64,000 nucleotides of DNA from an uncultured delta proteobacterium. Its GTDB lineage: Bacteria; Desulfobacterota; Binatia; UBA9968. Shown in pieces: positions 19,307 to 30,270 of this stretch. A model generated the notes under the pieces. That model ran no database searches, had not been told where the DNA came from, and saw only the letters and a list, made by a program, of their open reading frames with translations. The DNA lies in NCBI GenBank assembly GCA_963745035.1, contig CAVUVW010000005.1, positions 128,001 to 192,000 on the forward strand. Reading direction: 5' to 3'. The translations under genes were made by a program, and so were the position numbers. Each line of letters opens with the position of its first letter. Positions within the stretch are counted from its first letter, which is position 1.

Positions 19307-20119
19307 CTAACTTTCCGAGATGTCGATGAGCACGCCGTCGGGATCGGCGATAAAATGTTGACCGAGGCAGCAGCGGCGAAAATCCTCTTCGTTCTTCTTG
19401 CCGTTGCCGCCGACGAACTGCCCGCTCGGCGGCGGGGGAGCCGTTTCGCTTAGCCCTGCGAGATCCGCTTTGGTCTTCTCGATATTTTCGATTTTGAAAC
19501 CGAAGTGGTCGAGCCCTTCACGCAGGCCGCGGTAGAGCTTGTTGTTTCGCGGCCGGATCAACAGTTTGACCTTGCCGTCGGTCATGCAGATGGAGCCATC
19601 GTCCTTGTAGGTCTCTGCTTCCTTGAGTTCGAATATCTTCTCGTAGAATTCCGCCACCTCCGATGGGTCGTTGGCGCGGAGCGCGATATGGTTGATCCAA
19701 CGCGGCTGTTCCCAGCCGCTCTCGTTGTAACCTTCGCGCACGTTGGCGATATGGGCCTGAGCGATATCGAACTGGGCGCCGGCGGGATCATAACTGCGCA
19801 GCCCCGCGAAAGGCACGTAGTCCAGACCTTTGGCGATCATGGTTTTGGGATAGTGCTGTTCCATGCGCCGCACGTATTCCTCGATATCATCGACTTCGAA
19901 GCCGAAATGATCGATACCGGACTGCATGCCGGCGTAACGGGACAAGATCGCCATACCGATAACCCCGTCGCTGATGTGGCCGCGCTCGGTATTCTGCTTG
20001 CCGGTTTCGTCGAGGGTGTTGCTGGTCATGCGCCGCATGCCGAACACGGTCTTGTAGAATTTATCCACGGCGGCGTGGTTGTGCGTGTACATGGCGATAT
20101 GACGGATCTTCGCGAGCAT
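19307..20119 (-). CDS. Two-domain VOC (glyoxalase/dioxygenase) family protein
   Basis: IRHIA..FY..VFG, DHFGFEV, repeated second domain, DPDGVLIDI. Confidence 0.82.
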   Translation of the reverse strand: MLAKIRHIAMYTHNHAAVDKFYKTVFGMRRMTSNTLDETGKQNTERGHISDGVIGMAILSRYAGMQSGIDHFGFEVDDIEEYVRRMEQHYPKTMIAKGLDYVPFAGLRSYDPAGAQFDIAQAHIANVREGYNESGWEQPRWINHIALRANDPSEVAEFYEKIFELKEAETYKDDGSICMTDGKVKLLIRPRNNKLYRGLREGLDHFGFKIENIEKTKADLAGLSETAPPPPSGQFVGGNGKKNEEDFRRCCLGQHFIADPDGVLIDISES

Positions 20120-20198
20120 GTTTGTGCCTCCAGAAGGTGACGGCGAAATTGATTTACTTGTAAGGCGGCGGCTGGAGAATTGTCAAGAAGGCAACGGT

Positions 20199-21011
20199 TT
20201 AGAAACTCGATGCTAGAAACTGCCTGATGATCCGATGCGCTTGATCGGGATTCGTCATTAAATAGTTGTGCGCTTCATTCTGTACCACTGCGAACCTGCC
20301 ATTCGGTAGGTCCTTGGCAAATGCCTCGGCGGCGATGCGGTGCGACGCGCCTGTTGCCGAGCCGTGGTCATGTTCGCCGACGATGACGAGGGTTGGATGT
20401 CGGATCTCGCAGATTCGCCGACTGAGGTCACACGCCTGCCGGGCGACAACGTGGCGCAGGTAGTCTTCCAAGCCCGGCAGATTATTCATGCGAAATTCTA
20501 GAAAGCGCTCCACTTTGTCGCGATGCTTGTCGATGTATTGCGGCGTCCAGCCGACTTCGAGAGTGTGCTCGCGCACGTATCTCTCATAGCCCCATTCGAC
20601 CATCTCCTTGCACATCTTGAATGGAATAGGAGGCGCCCCAGGCACTCCAGGGCCGACCGAAGCGACGATGATCCGCTTCACTTGTTCGGGATATTTGAGC
20701 GCCATCAGCAAGGCGACCCGCCCGCCCATCGAATGACCGAGAAGGATTGCCGGGCCGGCGTTTAGGTGACGTAGAATCGCGCCGGCATCGTCGACGAAGT
20801 CGTCGCAGGAGTATTGGACCGTGGGACGACTCGACTTTCCCGTGCCGCGATAATCGTGCGTGATGACCAGATGATCGCTGGAAAACTCCGGCACCTGAAA
20901 AGTTTCCCAGATATCGCCGGCGCATGCCGTCTCGCTGAAAAAGAGCAAGGGCGTGCCGCGGCCGTGAACCTCGTAATGAATTTCGACATTTTGGCTTCTG
21001 ACAAGCGGCAT
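20199..21011 (-). CDS. Alpha/beta hydrolase
   Basis: DYRGTGKS, GHSMGG nucleophile elbow, GEHD, AH. Confidence 0.9.
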   Translation of the reverse strand: MPLVRSQNVEIHYEVHGRGTPLLFFSETACAGDIWETFQVPEFSSDHLVITHDYRGTGKSSRPTVQYSCDDFVDDAGAILRHLNAGPAILLGHSMGGRVALLMALKYPEQVKRIIVASVGPGVPGAPPIPFKMCKEMVEWGYERYVREHTLEVGWTPQYIDKHRDKVERFLEFRMNNLPGLEDYLRHVVARQACDLSRRICEIRHPTLVIVGEHDHGSATGASHRIAAEAFAKDLPNGRFAVVQNEAHNYLMTNPDQAHRIIRQFLASSF

Positions 21012-21124
21012 TTTGCTCTATCGGATTACTAAATTGAATTACGATACGCGGGCAGAAAAAACAATCTTGCTTTTACGAGTTGACAGTTGACTTTATTCCT
21101 TCGGCTATGAGAGTAAGCAGGTTC

Positions 21125-21766
21125 ATGCAGCGCACTCAGTTGATTATCGTTCGCCACGGTCAGACGGAATGGAATATTGCGGGGATTCGCCAGGGACATC
21201 TCGACAGTTGTTTGACTAGCAAGGGGCTTGCGCAGGCCAAGGCTTTGGCTCAGCGGCTGGCGCAAGAGCGGTTTAGCGCGCTTTACAGCAGCGATCTGGG
21301 CCGCGCCGTGCAAACGGCCATGGCGATCGCGGATCTCACCGGTCATGAGATCGTCACCGATGCGCGCCTGCGCGAGCGCCATCTGGGAATCTTTCAAGGG
21401 CTCAACGCCGGTCAAATATCCGAAAAATATCCGGAGGAGCGGCGGCTGCTGCGCACCGTTGGTCCGGATTACGTCATTCCGGGCGGCGAGAGCATGCGCC
21501 AGCAAGTCGAGCGCAACGTTTCCTATCTCAACGATCTCGCGTCCAAGCACGTTGGCGAAACGATCGTCGTCGTGACGCACGGCGGAGTGGTGAGTGGATT
21601 TTTCCGGCATACGTTGGCGATCCCGCTCGATGCGCCGCGGCGCTTCGAGTTCGTCAACGCCGGTATCAATGTTTTCTTCCGCGAGGATGAGAACTGGATG
21701 CTGCTGACCTGGGGAGATGTGAGTCATCTTGCGCCGGGCGCCGCGAGCGAAGGGGATGATCCGTAA
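21125..21766 (+). CDS. Histidine phosphatase (phosphoglycerate mutase family)
   Basis: RHGQTEWN, SSDLGRA, LRE, GGES, VTHGG. Confidence 0.92.
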   Translation: MQRTQLIIVRHGQTEWNIAGIRQGHLDSCLTSKGLAQAKALAQRLAQERFSALYSSDLGRAVQTAMAIADLTGHEIVTDARLRERHLGIFQGLNAGQISEKYPEERRLLRTVGPDYVIPGGESMRQQVERNVSYLNDLASKHVGETIVVVTHGGVVSGFFRHTLAIPLDAPRRFEFVNAGINVFFREDENWMLLTWGDVSHLAPGAASEGDDP

Positions 21767-21887
21767 TGGCCGCTGAAAAAGGTCATCTGCTTCGTTGCGC
21801 TCGTCCGACTCACTACGACGTACTGGCCCGTACGCCTCCGTTCGTCGATCATCGCGCGCCTCGCATATAAGCCTTTTTGAGCGGCCA
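21767..21887. mobile_element. MITE-like element (121 bp) with 16-bp terminal inverted repeats
   Basis: TGGCCGCTGAAAAAGG ... CCTTTTTGAGCGGCCA match at 15/16 positions. Non-coding, between convergent genes. Confidence 0.6.
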
Positions 21888-21911
21888 ATATTCAGACTTT
21901 CTCTAGGCACC

Positions 21912-23405
21912 TCAAATACCGGCAAGGTTCAGGCGTTCGCACTTCGCTCCGGAGCGTTTTTCCATCCGGATCGAGAACCCAGGCTGCTTGATGAACACCT
22001 GATTGGATTCTTTGCGCTTCGCGAGCTGCTCGATGATCTTGACGAGCGGCCGAGTTGCGTCGAGATAGTCGCGCGGCTTGCCGCCGTTGGGGAGAGCATT
22101 CACGTAATCCTCCCCGGCGAAATAATGCAGGATCAAATCTTCGTCGGAGAGATGGACGCCGTATTTCTGCCGGAGGTCGTGAAGAGTCGGCTCGGGCTGC
22201 TCCCAGTGCGTCCATTCCTTAGCGCGCGGGCGATTCAAGATCTTGTCCTTCACGTCCGGGTCCATCACCTCGACCGCTTCTTTTCCCCAAATGCCGAGCG
22301 CGTACTGGATCACTTGATCGGGAACTTCCTTGTAGCGCTCGCCGACGATCACGTTGATGGCGGCCTGGGTGCCGACGTACTGGGAGAGCGGGGTTACCAT
22401 AATCGGGTAGCCAAACTCTTTGCGCACAAGCGCGGACTCTTCCAGCGCCGCCTCCATCTTGTGCTCCATGCCGACGATCTTCAGTTGATGGCGCATGTTC
22501 GAAATCATGCCGCCGGGCACTTGGTGGCCGTATTGAGACTGATCGTACTCGACGGGTTTGCCGATAGGCAGTCCGTCTTTTTTGGCGACGTAGGTGAAAT
22601 GTTTTTCCACGGCTTCGAGCGGCTTGAGATCGATGCACGGCGTGTACCCGAGCGCCTTCAAGTTGCTCGCGATGTTGAAGATCGAAGGCTGGCCGGAGCC
22701 GTTGGCCAGGGGCGGGGTGGCCGTATGCAGGACGCGCATGCCGAGCTTCACTCCTTCGAGATAGCACAACGGCGCTTGGCCGCTGTTGCAGTGGGCGTGA
22801 AACTCGACCGGAATATTCCCGGCGGCCTTCAAGACAACCGGGATCAATGTGCGCGCGCGCTCGGGGCTGAGCAGGCCGCCGACGTCTTTGAAACAAATCC
22901 GCCAGGGATTGGCCGCCGCGGCTTCGGCGGCTTTCCGCGCATAGTATTCGTCGGTGTGGCGCGGCGAAACGGAGTAAATCAGATTCGCGACCGTGTCCAT
23001 GCCGACTTTTTTGAGATCGGCGATTTCTTCTTTGAATGCGGTGTAGTCGTTCCAGCAATTGGAAGTTCTCGTCAAGGTCAATCCGTAGGAGACCAGCCGC
23101 TCGATAAACAGCTTGAGCAGGGCGTGCGGAGTTTTCTCGAAGGCGCTGTGCATGCCGCCGTGGTAGCGCAGCCGGGTTTTCTTGATCCGCTTGGTGCCTT
23201 CCTTCAGCCAATACCAGGGATTTTCTTTGTGCTCGCGCACGTACTTCTTGAACATGACGCTCAAGAAAAACTCCATGGACTCATAGCCGGCCTGGTCCAT
23301 ATGCTCGGCCGCCGGCAGCATGGCGCCGACCCGCATGTTCAAAGCCCAGAGACTTTGATTGCCGTCGCGCACCGTGGTGTCGATAAAGCGAACTTCGTTG
23401 GTCAT
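21912..23405 (-). CDS. Carboxyltransferase subunit (pyruvate carboxylase B / oxaloacetate decarboxylase alpha-like), no biotinyl domain
   Basis: [43 protein letters not shown]. Confidence 0.88.
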   Translation of the reverse strand: MTNEVRFIDTTVRDGNQSLWALNMRVGAMLPAAEHMDQAGYESMEFFLSVMFKKYVREHKENPWYWLKEGTKRIKKTRLRYHGGMHSAFEKTPHALLKLFIERLVSYGLTLTRTSNCWNDYTAFKEEIADLKKVGMDTVANLIYSVSPRHTDEYYARKAAEAAAANPWRICFKDVGGLLSPERARTLIPVVLKAAGNIPVEFHAHCNSGQAPLCYLEGVKLGMRVLHTATPPLANGSGQPSIFNIASNLKALGYTPCIDLKPLEAVEKHFTYVAKKDGLPIGKPVEYDQSQYGHQVPGGMISNMRHQLKIVGMEHKMEAALEESALVRKEFGYPIMVTPLSQYVGTQAAINVIVGERYKEVPDQVIQYALGIWGKEAVEVMDPDVKDKILNRPRAKEWTHWEQPEPTLHDLRQKYGVHLSDEDLILHYFAGEDYVNALPNGGKPRDYLDATRPLVKIIEQLAKRKESNQVFIKQPGFSIRMEKRSGAKCERLNLAGI

Positions 23406-23423
23406 CCATCCTCCGAACGGACC

Positions 23424-23463
23424 CGTTCCAAGCGTTCCAGCCGTTCAAAACGTTCCAGTCGTT
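23424..23463. repeat. 9-bp tandem array (CGTTC[AC]ANN)
   Basis: CGTT at 23424, 23433, 23442, 23451 and 23460. Confidence 0.75.
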
Positions 23464-23554
23464 GATTCGGAACGGGAAAATGCGGTTGCCGCTTACTTTC
23501 CCGATCATTATCTGTATAAATTCCCGCAGCGGAGATCAACGACGGAGGTTGCCC

Positions 23555-23974
23555 ATGAAAAGCTTTCGCAAAGAGTTGTGGTTCAATACGTCCAGTCGGG
23601 TCGCATTCGTCAATATTACCGGTCAGGTGCAGGACTCGATCGAGGAAAGCGGAGTCAAAGAGGGGATGGTTCTCGTCAATGCCATGCACATTACCGCCTC
23701 GGTTTTCATCAACGACGACGAATCCGGCTTGCATCATGACTATGGCGTCTGGCTCGAAAAACTGGCGCCGCACGAGCCGATCAAGCAGTATCGCCACAAC
23801 GATACCGGCGAGGACAACGCGGACGCGCATATGAAGCGGCAGGTGATGGGACGAGAAGTCGTTGTCGCGATCACGGAAGGCAAGTTGGACTTCGGTCCTT
23901 GGGAGCAGATTTTCTACGGCGAGTTCGACGGCCGTCGGCGCAAGCGGGTGCTGGTGAAGATTATCGGTGAGTAG
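23555..23974 (+). CDS. yjbQ: YjbQ/UPF0047 family protein
   Basis: [45 protein letters not shown]. Confidence 0.9.
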   Translation: MKSFRKELWFNTSSRVAFVNITGQVQDSIEESGVKEGMVLVNAMHITASVFINDDESGLHHDYGVWLEKLAPHEPIKQYRHNDTGEDNADAHMKRQVMGREVVVAITEGKLDFGPWEQIFYGEFDGRRRKRVLVKIIGE

Positions 23975-24057
23975 TTTAGCGGTGGCCACGAACCGGCTGT
24001 GGTGCGGCGGCGCAATTACCCCTGTGCATTGACCCTCGCGCCGCTGGCCGGTATCGT

Positions 24058-25348
24058 TTGGCGGTGGAAAGGAAATTCAGCAAAACTTCGCATTCGCGTT
24101 CTAAACCCCGTGAGCGTCAAGCATTTCCATCATCCGCACGCGGCGAGTATGAAGCCTATTGTCCGCATTTTCCCAATTGCGTTGGCTGTCCTTTCATCAA
24201 AGTTCCGTATCCCGAACAGTTGCTGAGAAAACACGCGATCGTCGGCCGGGCCTTGGCGAATTACCCTTCACTTGCGAGCGCTGAAGTGTCGCCGGTGGTC
24301 GCGTCGCCGCAGCGCTTGGGATATCGGGCGCGGGTCAAGCTCGTGGCGCGGCGCAACCGCGATCAGGTCGCTCTGGGGCTCTACGTGCCGCACAGCCATC
24401 GAGTGATGGATATTTCTTCCTGTCCGGTTCATCCGGCGGCGGTCGAATCAAGTCGCGCAGTACCTCAAGAAAAAAGTTATCGAGCTGGGCATTGTTCCCT
24501 ACGACGAGCGCGACGACAGCGGCGACTTGCGCTATCTGGATTTTCGCTACAGCGCCGCGCGCCGCGAGCTCAGCCTAACCCTGGTGACGCGCCGCGCGGC
24601 ATTTCCCCAAGGCGCGCCGTTGGCGCGCTCGTTGATGCAGCGCTTCTCGTTTCTCACCGGAGTTATTCAGAACATCAATGAATCGCGCGGCAACGTGATT
24701 TGGGGCGCGAGTTACCGGACTCTCGCCGGGCGCGACACCTTGATGGAGCGGATCGGCGATTTGAAGCTGGTGTTTCCCCCGGGCGTGTTTTCCCAGGCTA
24801 ACCCTTTCACCGCGCGCAAGCTGTATGAGCACGTGCGCGAGCTGGCGGGCTTGCGGGGAGGAGAAACGGTTCTCGACCTGTATTGCGGCGTCGGTCCGAT
24901 CGCGCTCTATCTTGGCATGGATGCGCGCCAGGTCTGGGCGATCGACGACAGTGAAGAGGCAATTGCGACCGCCAAGCAGAATGCGCGGCGCAACGGACGC
25001 GGCAATTGCCGCTTCATCGCCGGCGATGTCGCAACTGCGGCGGCGGAGTTGCGCCGGAGCCTGGGCGCGGTGGATGTTATTGTTATTAACCCGCCGCGCA
25101 AAGGCGTAAGACTCGAAGCGATGAACGAGGTCGTCGCGCTCAGCGCGCCGAAGCTCATCTACGTTTCTTGCGAGCCGCGCAGCCTGGGGCGGGATCTCGA
25201 CCGACTGACCGCCGCCGGCTACCGAATCCTCCGCGTCCAGCCATTCGACATGTTCCCGCAGACAAAAGAAGTCGAGACGGTGGTCCTACTGCAAAAGCAT
25301 GAGGCTGCCGGCGCTTTGAAGGCGGCGGAGCGTTTGGACAATCCGTAA
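24058..25348 (+). CDS. rlmD: 23S rRNA m5U methyltransferase RlmD-like, frameshift near 24446
   Basis: CPHFPNCVGC Fe-S motif, FSQAN, LDLYCGVG, NPPRKG, YVSC, DMFPQT. Confidence 0.85.
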
Positions 25349-25403
25349 GAACATTCAAGATTCGTTCGACCAGGAATTGAGTCATTTTTAAATCCTCGAC
25401 GAA

Positions 25404-26417
25404 TCAACTCAGCTCCAGCCCGACCACCTTCGCCGGATTCTTCGTGCACACCGTGTGCAGTTCGTCCTTGTTCAAGCCGAACGCTTCCATGTAGCCGCGC
25501 ACCAGGCGCATGGCTTCGACGGAGTCGGGAAACAGCGGCTCGCCGGCGTCACTGGAGAGCGTGAAATGCTCGGGCCCGACTTCGCGGATCGTGTTGTACA
25601 TGATCTGCGGATCGACGCCGAGGAGCGGGGAGAGTTCGTCCCACGTGAAGTTGAACAGAATGCCGACCGGCGCGAGTTCCTTCATCATTTCCGGCGATAC
25701 GTTCAGGAACGGGCTGTACGGATGATCGATGACGGCCCGCTTGAGTCCGACCTTGTCGACTTCTTCAGCGAGCTTGTAGATTTCCGAGTGGGTTGCGTGG
25801 CCGAAAAACAGCGCGACATTACGGTCGGCGCAGAGATGCACGATGTCGCGGATTTCGGGCTTTAACTTGCCGTTCTCGTCGAGATCGTAGTGGCCGAGCT
25901 GCATGGCCTCGTCCCACGGCAGCGGGCCGGTCCATCCAGGCGTGTTCCGACTTTGGACAAATCGTCCGTAGGTGCCGACCGTGCTCATGGTAATCACATG
26001 GGTAAACACCGGCAGCCAGACCGCCGCGATGCCGCGATCGATCATCGCGCTGACCGTTTTCGCCGAAATCGGCGCCATCTGCCGGCCGCAAACGTAACTA
26101 GACCAGCAGGTGATCGGCGCGACGCCTTCCTTCTCAGCCCAGCGATTGACGTCATCCTGCACGTCTTGCGTTGCCTTGACCGGGTCGTCGCCGGGAATGC
26201 TTTTAAAGAGCAGCCCCTTCATTTCCGCTAAAGATGCGCGTCGCGCCAAGTCATACGGGTCCTGCTGGCCTTCGTGAGTATGGCAATGGATGTCGATCGC
26301 GTCTTTAACCTTGATATGCGGCGGGTGAACGACGCCGGGCTTGTACTGTGTGCGCGCCGCGTACGAAGTGACGCAACGTTCGTGGGTCGGGGTGGAAACG
26401 ACATTGTTATTGGCCAT
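25404..26417 (-). CDS. Metal-dependent hydrolase TIM-barrel protein (DUF6282-like)
   Basis: IDIHCH, LLFKS, VWLP, GH, VIDHP, LSSDAG. Confidence 0.65.
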   Translation of the reverse strand: MANNNVVSTPTHERCVTSYAARTQYKPGVVHPPHIKVKDAIDIHCHTHEGQQDPYDLARRASLAEMKGLLFKSIPGDDPVKATQDVQDDVNRWAEKEGVAPITCWSSYVCGRQMAPISAKTVSAMIDRGIAAVWLPVFTHVITMSTVGTYGRFVQSRNTPGWTGPLPWDEAMQLGHYDLDENGKLKPEIRDIVHLCADRNVALFFGHATHSEIYKLAEEVDKVGLKRAVIDHPYSPFLNVSPEMMKELAPVGILFNFTWDELSPLLGVDPQIMYNTIREVGPEHFTLSSDAGEPLFPDSVEAMRLVRGYMEAFGLNKDELHTVCTKNPAKVVGLELS

Positions 26418-26500
26418 GATTTCGTCTCCTTTGCTGATGACCAGGATGTTGCTACAGGAGCGGTGAGTTTGTCAAAGCGTTTAGAAAGGCGATGGGTTAG

Positions 26501-26527
26501 GCAATGAGCAATAGCAACAGGCAATAG
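26501..26527. repeat. Short GCAA(T/C)RR tandem array
   Basis: GCAATGA GCAATA GCAACAG GCAATAG in a divergent intergenic region. Confidence 0.45.
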
Positions 26528-26645
26528 CTTCGGAGGCGAAGAGGAGACGGAAATCCTGGGTGGTTTTTGGCGCGCTGTTGTTATAAGAACGGTTCGGTTG
26601 TTTAGCTATCGACAGGGGTTTCGTTTCAACACAGGGGACGCCTTG

Positions 26646-27666
26646 ATGAAGACAAACAGCTTCTACTCTTGCCAGTGGGCATTCTTCGTGGCGCTCGCGG
26701 CGATTTTGTTCCTGGCCGATTCCAGAGTCTTCGCGGCGGACAAGATCAACATGATCTACACCGCGCGCGTGATGTCTCAGGCATATCCCTGGTTCGCTCA
26801 GGAAGCTGGACTTTTCAAGAAATATGACCTCGATGTGCCGCTGGTTTTCGTCACGCCAGGGGCGCCGGCAGTAGCGGCGATTTTATCGGGCGACAGCGAG
26901 GTCGCCGTGATCGGCGCGGCGAGCATTACCCGGCCGGTCGTGCAGGGAAACAAAGACCCGGTCTTGATCGGTGGCATCAAGAGCCTGCTGACCCACAGCA
27001 TTCTCGCCAAGCCCGATATCAAACGGCCCGAGCAGCTCAAAGGCAAGCGCATCGGCGTCTCGCGCATCGGCAGCAATCCGCACTATTTCGCGGTGCAGGC
27101 GCTGCGCCATTACGGCATCGACTCGCGCGAAGTGAGTTACATCCAGGCCGGGGGCGCGCCGGAGACCTTGGCGGCTTTGGTTGCCCAAGGAATCGACGCC
27201 GCCGTGTTGACGGTGCCGACGGACGCTCAAGCTCTCAAACTCGGCTACCACTACGTCGTTTACGGCCCGGATCTCGGCATCGCCTACGCCGCGACAACGG
27301 TAACGACGCGGCGGTCGATCATCGCCAAGCGCGGTCCGGTTATCGGCCGCGTTTATGCGCGCCATGGCGGAGGCGGCGAAAATCATGCACACCGACAAAG
27401 AATATATGTACAAGGTCATGGCGAAGTATCTGCGCGTCGACGACCGCAAGTTGCTGGAAGCGAGCTATAACGTCGAGAGCAAAGCTTTGGAGCCCAGACT
27501 GGCGCTCAAACTCGCAGGCATCCAATCGACCCTCGACGAGATCGCGCCCACCGAACCGCGCGCCAAGACAGTCAAGCCGCAGGAGATGATCGACTCTCGC
27601 TATCTTGAGGAGATGGAAAAAAGCGGATTCTTTGAGCAGATCTGGGCGGGAAAGAAGCAGAGCTAA
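26646..27666 (+). CDS. NitT/TauT-family ABC substrate-binding protein, frameshift near 27351
   Basis: Signal peptide, AQEAGLFKKYDL, LKGKRIGVSRIGS. Two ORFs join when one G is removed. Confidence 0.85.
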
Positions 27667-27785
27667 ATCCGAGATGGCGGGACTCGTCGCCCGCCGTTTA
27701 GGCAGGCCGTGTGCAACAAATGAGCATAGCTGTTTGATGTTGAGTTTTGGCGGTTGGATTAATGCCGATCGACGCGGAAATTCAA

Positions 27786-27801
27786 TGGCATAGGCATTGC
27801 T
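27786..27801 (+). promoter_or_regulatory. Sigma-54 promoter candidate
   Basis: TGGCAT-AGGCA-TTGCT upstream of the SBP gene at 27918. Confidence 0.55.
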
Positions 27802-27917
27802 GGGGCTGACGATAATAGTACAGCGCTGCGCTTGTAATGATTGCTTGTGCTTGCTAATTGCGGGTTTCGAACAAGTGTCTTAAATGTTAGCGCCGTAACC
27901 ACGGGAGGGGAGCTGTC

Positions 27918-28967
27918 ATGAGTTGTCAGAAAAATTTATCGAGCTCGATTCGACGAGCGGGCATGCGATGGACTCTCGCAGCCGTGCTTGTGCTCTTTGC
28001 AATGCTTGCTGCCGATATTTCGCGTGCAGCAGAGTCGATGGATCAGCTTTATGAAAAGGCCAAGAAAGAGGGAAAGGTCACGATCTATGCGCCGCTCTCG
28101 GTTACGACCGAGGGTGTCGTCCCGCCCGCTTTCATGAAGCGGTTTCCCGGCATCGTCGTCGATCATATCGACGGCACAACCGATAAACTGATTGCCCGTG
28201 TCCTGGCGGAGCAAAAGGGCGGACGAGTCATCGCCGATGTGATCAGCGGAGCGTTGAGCTATATCCCGCAGATCCTCGAAATGAAGCTAGTGACGCCGGT
28301 CGTGATTCCGGAGGCGGCGGTGTTTCCGGCCCAGTTGAAGGGCGACTCCTGGGTCGCCACCGATGTGCAGTTCTATATTGCCGGCTGGAATACGAATCTC
28401 GTCAAGAAAGGAGAAGAGCCGAAGCAATACGAGGAGCTGGCAAACGCCAAGTGGAAGAACAACATCATCGGCGAGCCTCGCGATTTCCAACTGCTGATCG
28501 GATTTGCAAGGCGAAAACTCAACAGCGATGAAAAGGCCATCGATCTGTTCAAAAAAATCGCCGCCAACGGCGTGGAGTTTCACAGGGGACACTCACAGCT
28601 CGTCGAGCTTCTCGTGGCCGGCCAGCGCGCCGTTTGCTTTACTTGCTATGCGCATCATTTTCCTCAAAGGGTGAAAAAGGGCGCGCCGATCCAGGCACTG
28701 CTCACCGAAGGCGTGGGAGAAGTCGGCGGCTCCGTGATGGTTATGAAGGGTGCACCGCACCCCAACGCGGCTTTACTCTGGGCACGTTGGGCTGTCAGCG
28801 AAGAAGGACAGAAGGCCTATGCTCAGGCCGGAGAAACTCCCGCTCATCCCAAAGTGGAACCATTGGAAAAAATCCGACCAGCCGCGCCGCTCATGCTATC
28901 GCTTGACGACATCAAAGAGTTTCCCAGGTACGAAAAAACCTGGAAGGAGATTTTCCAGATCCGCTGA
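27918..28967 (+). CDS. Extracellular solute-binding protein (Fe3+/thiamine-type ABC)
   Basis: Signal peptide, AKKEGKVTIY, WNTNLV, APHPNAALLW..SEEGQ. Confidence 0.85.
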   Translation: MSCQKNLSSSIRRAGMRWTLAAVLVLFAMLAADISRAAESMDQLYEKAKKEGKVTIYAPLSVTTEGVVPPAFMKRFPGIVVDHIDGTTDKLIARVLAEQKGGRVIADVISGALSYIPQILEMKLVTPVVIPEAAVFPAQLKGDSWVATDVQFYIAGWNTNLVKKGEEPKQYEELANAKWKNNIIGEPRDFQLLIGFARRKLNSDEKAIDLFKKIAANGVEFHRGHSQLVELLVAGQRAVCFTCYAHHFPQRVKKGAPIQALLTEGVGEVGGSVMVMKGAPHPNAALLWARWAVSEEGQKAYAQAGETPAHPKVEPLEKIRPAAPLMLSLDDIKEFPRYEKTWKEIFQIR

Positions 28968-28987
28968 ACACAACTCGATAGCATTCC

Positions 28988-29030
28988 AAAAAAATGCGGC
29001 GCGCCGGAGTGATCACTCCGGCGCGCCGCA
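28988..29030 (-). terminator. 36-bp perfect palindrome with A tract, terminator for the Tim44-like gene
   Basis: TGCGGCGCGCCGGAGTGA|TCACTCCGGCGCGCCGCA (28995-29030) is preceded by A7, which is a U tract on the minus strand. It lies between convergent genes. Confidence 0.7.
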
Positions 29031-29054
29031 AAACCAATGCTGCAAGCTGATTGC

Positions 29055-30015
29055 CTATGCCTGCTGGACCGCTGCCAGTTTCCACGCATTCGGCCCGACC
29101 GGACGGTTGAATGTCCAGTATTCTCCGAACTCGATTGGCTCGGAGTTGCTGCCGGTGACGACGGCGCCCGTCTTGGCATCGACCGTGTAATCAAGGAGAT
29201 TAGCGTGCAGACGAACGGTGATGAAGTCTTCACCGTTCTCTGTCCACACTTCGGTGATCTCACTTTCGCGCAGGGCGATATTCTCCATCCGATTTTGCTG
29301 GTTACGCGCGCGTAACTGGCTCAACTCTTCTTCCCAGGTTTGCATCAGTTCGCGGCCGCAAAGCGTGCTCAAGGCCGACGGTATCCTGCTTGTTCCAGGC
29401 GCCCTGAACCTTGAAGAAAATATCTTGCGCGGTTTTCAAAAAGCGATCGGGATCGAAGCTTCGGTCCATCATCGTCAAGGATTGATAGTCGATCAGGTTG
29501 TTTGCCACTGGCGCTTCTTGGACCGGTGCGCTCGACGGAGTGTACTGCGTATACGGCTGGCTATTCTGATATTGCATGGAGCCGAAGCCGGACGCTGCCG
29601 CCGGGCTGCGAAACTTGCGGTATAGGAAATACCCCAAACCGCCTAGTAGAAGAATCTCCATCATGCCGAATCCGCTGCCGCCGAATCCGCCGAGTCCCCC
29701 GGCGTGAGCCAATCCGGAAAAGAGCATCGAGCCGAGAAAACCGCCTAAGATCGCTGTCCCAAGGCCGCGCATAAAGCCGCCGCTTTGAGGCATCATGCCT
29801 GGTTGTTGCCCGGGAGTAGCCTCGCGTCTTTGCTGCGTTTGACTTGGCTGTGACGGTTTACTGGGTGAGCTGTAGCTGCGCGAGCCGCGAAAACCGCCGG
29901 AGCGGCCGCCGCCGGCCCGTGCATCAGCGTAACTTTCAAGGATAACCTGCGTTAGCCCGACGAAGGCGAAAAGGCTAAGCGCCAACAAAATACTCCTACG
30001 GTTCGAAATCCTCAT
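29055..30015 (-). CDS. Tim44-domain protein, frameshift near 29375
   Basis: ADARAGGGRSGG.RGSRS, Gly-rich TM segment, VQGAW, EYWTF.R...WKLAAVQQ. Confidence 0.85.
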
Positions 30016-30039
30016 AAAGATGCCTCCTTGTGTGGGTGA

Positions 30040-30067
30040 AGTGTATGCACCGGAAAGTTAATGTCAA
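30040..30067 (-). promoter_or_regulatory. Sigma-70 promoter for the Tim44-like gene
   Basis: Minus strand TTGACA-16 nt-TACACT. Confidence 0.5.
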
Positions 30068-30270
30068 GGGTGCTTCGGTGCCGGGCAGAAACGGCGGTCT
30101 ACCCTAGGAAGTAGCTTAGCATTAAACCAGACTACTGCGAAATGGAGAGCGTGCGGATCGTGCCCTCATTGAAATAACGAAATGATTTGACGGCATCACC
30201 GGGTTTTTGCGATATGAGTCAGCTGCTGATGCCTCGTTCCGAGCCTTGTTATCGCTGATGGAGGTGAAAT

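Noticed and set aside
21795-23465. 556-aa plus-strand ORF and similar long antisense ORFs (e.g. 1041-1826, 35660-36607, 39339-40295, 41051-42190)
   Set aside because: These are shadow frames opposite well-supported genes in GC-rich DNA, with no recognisable motifs.
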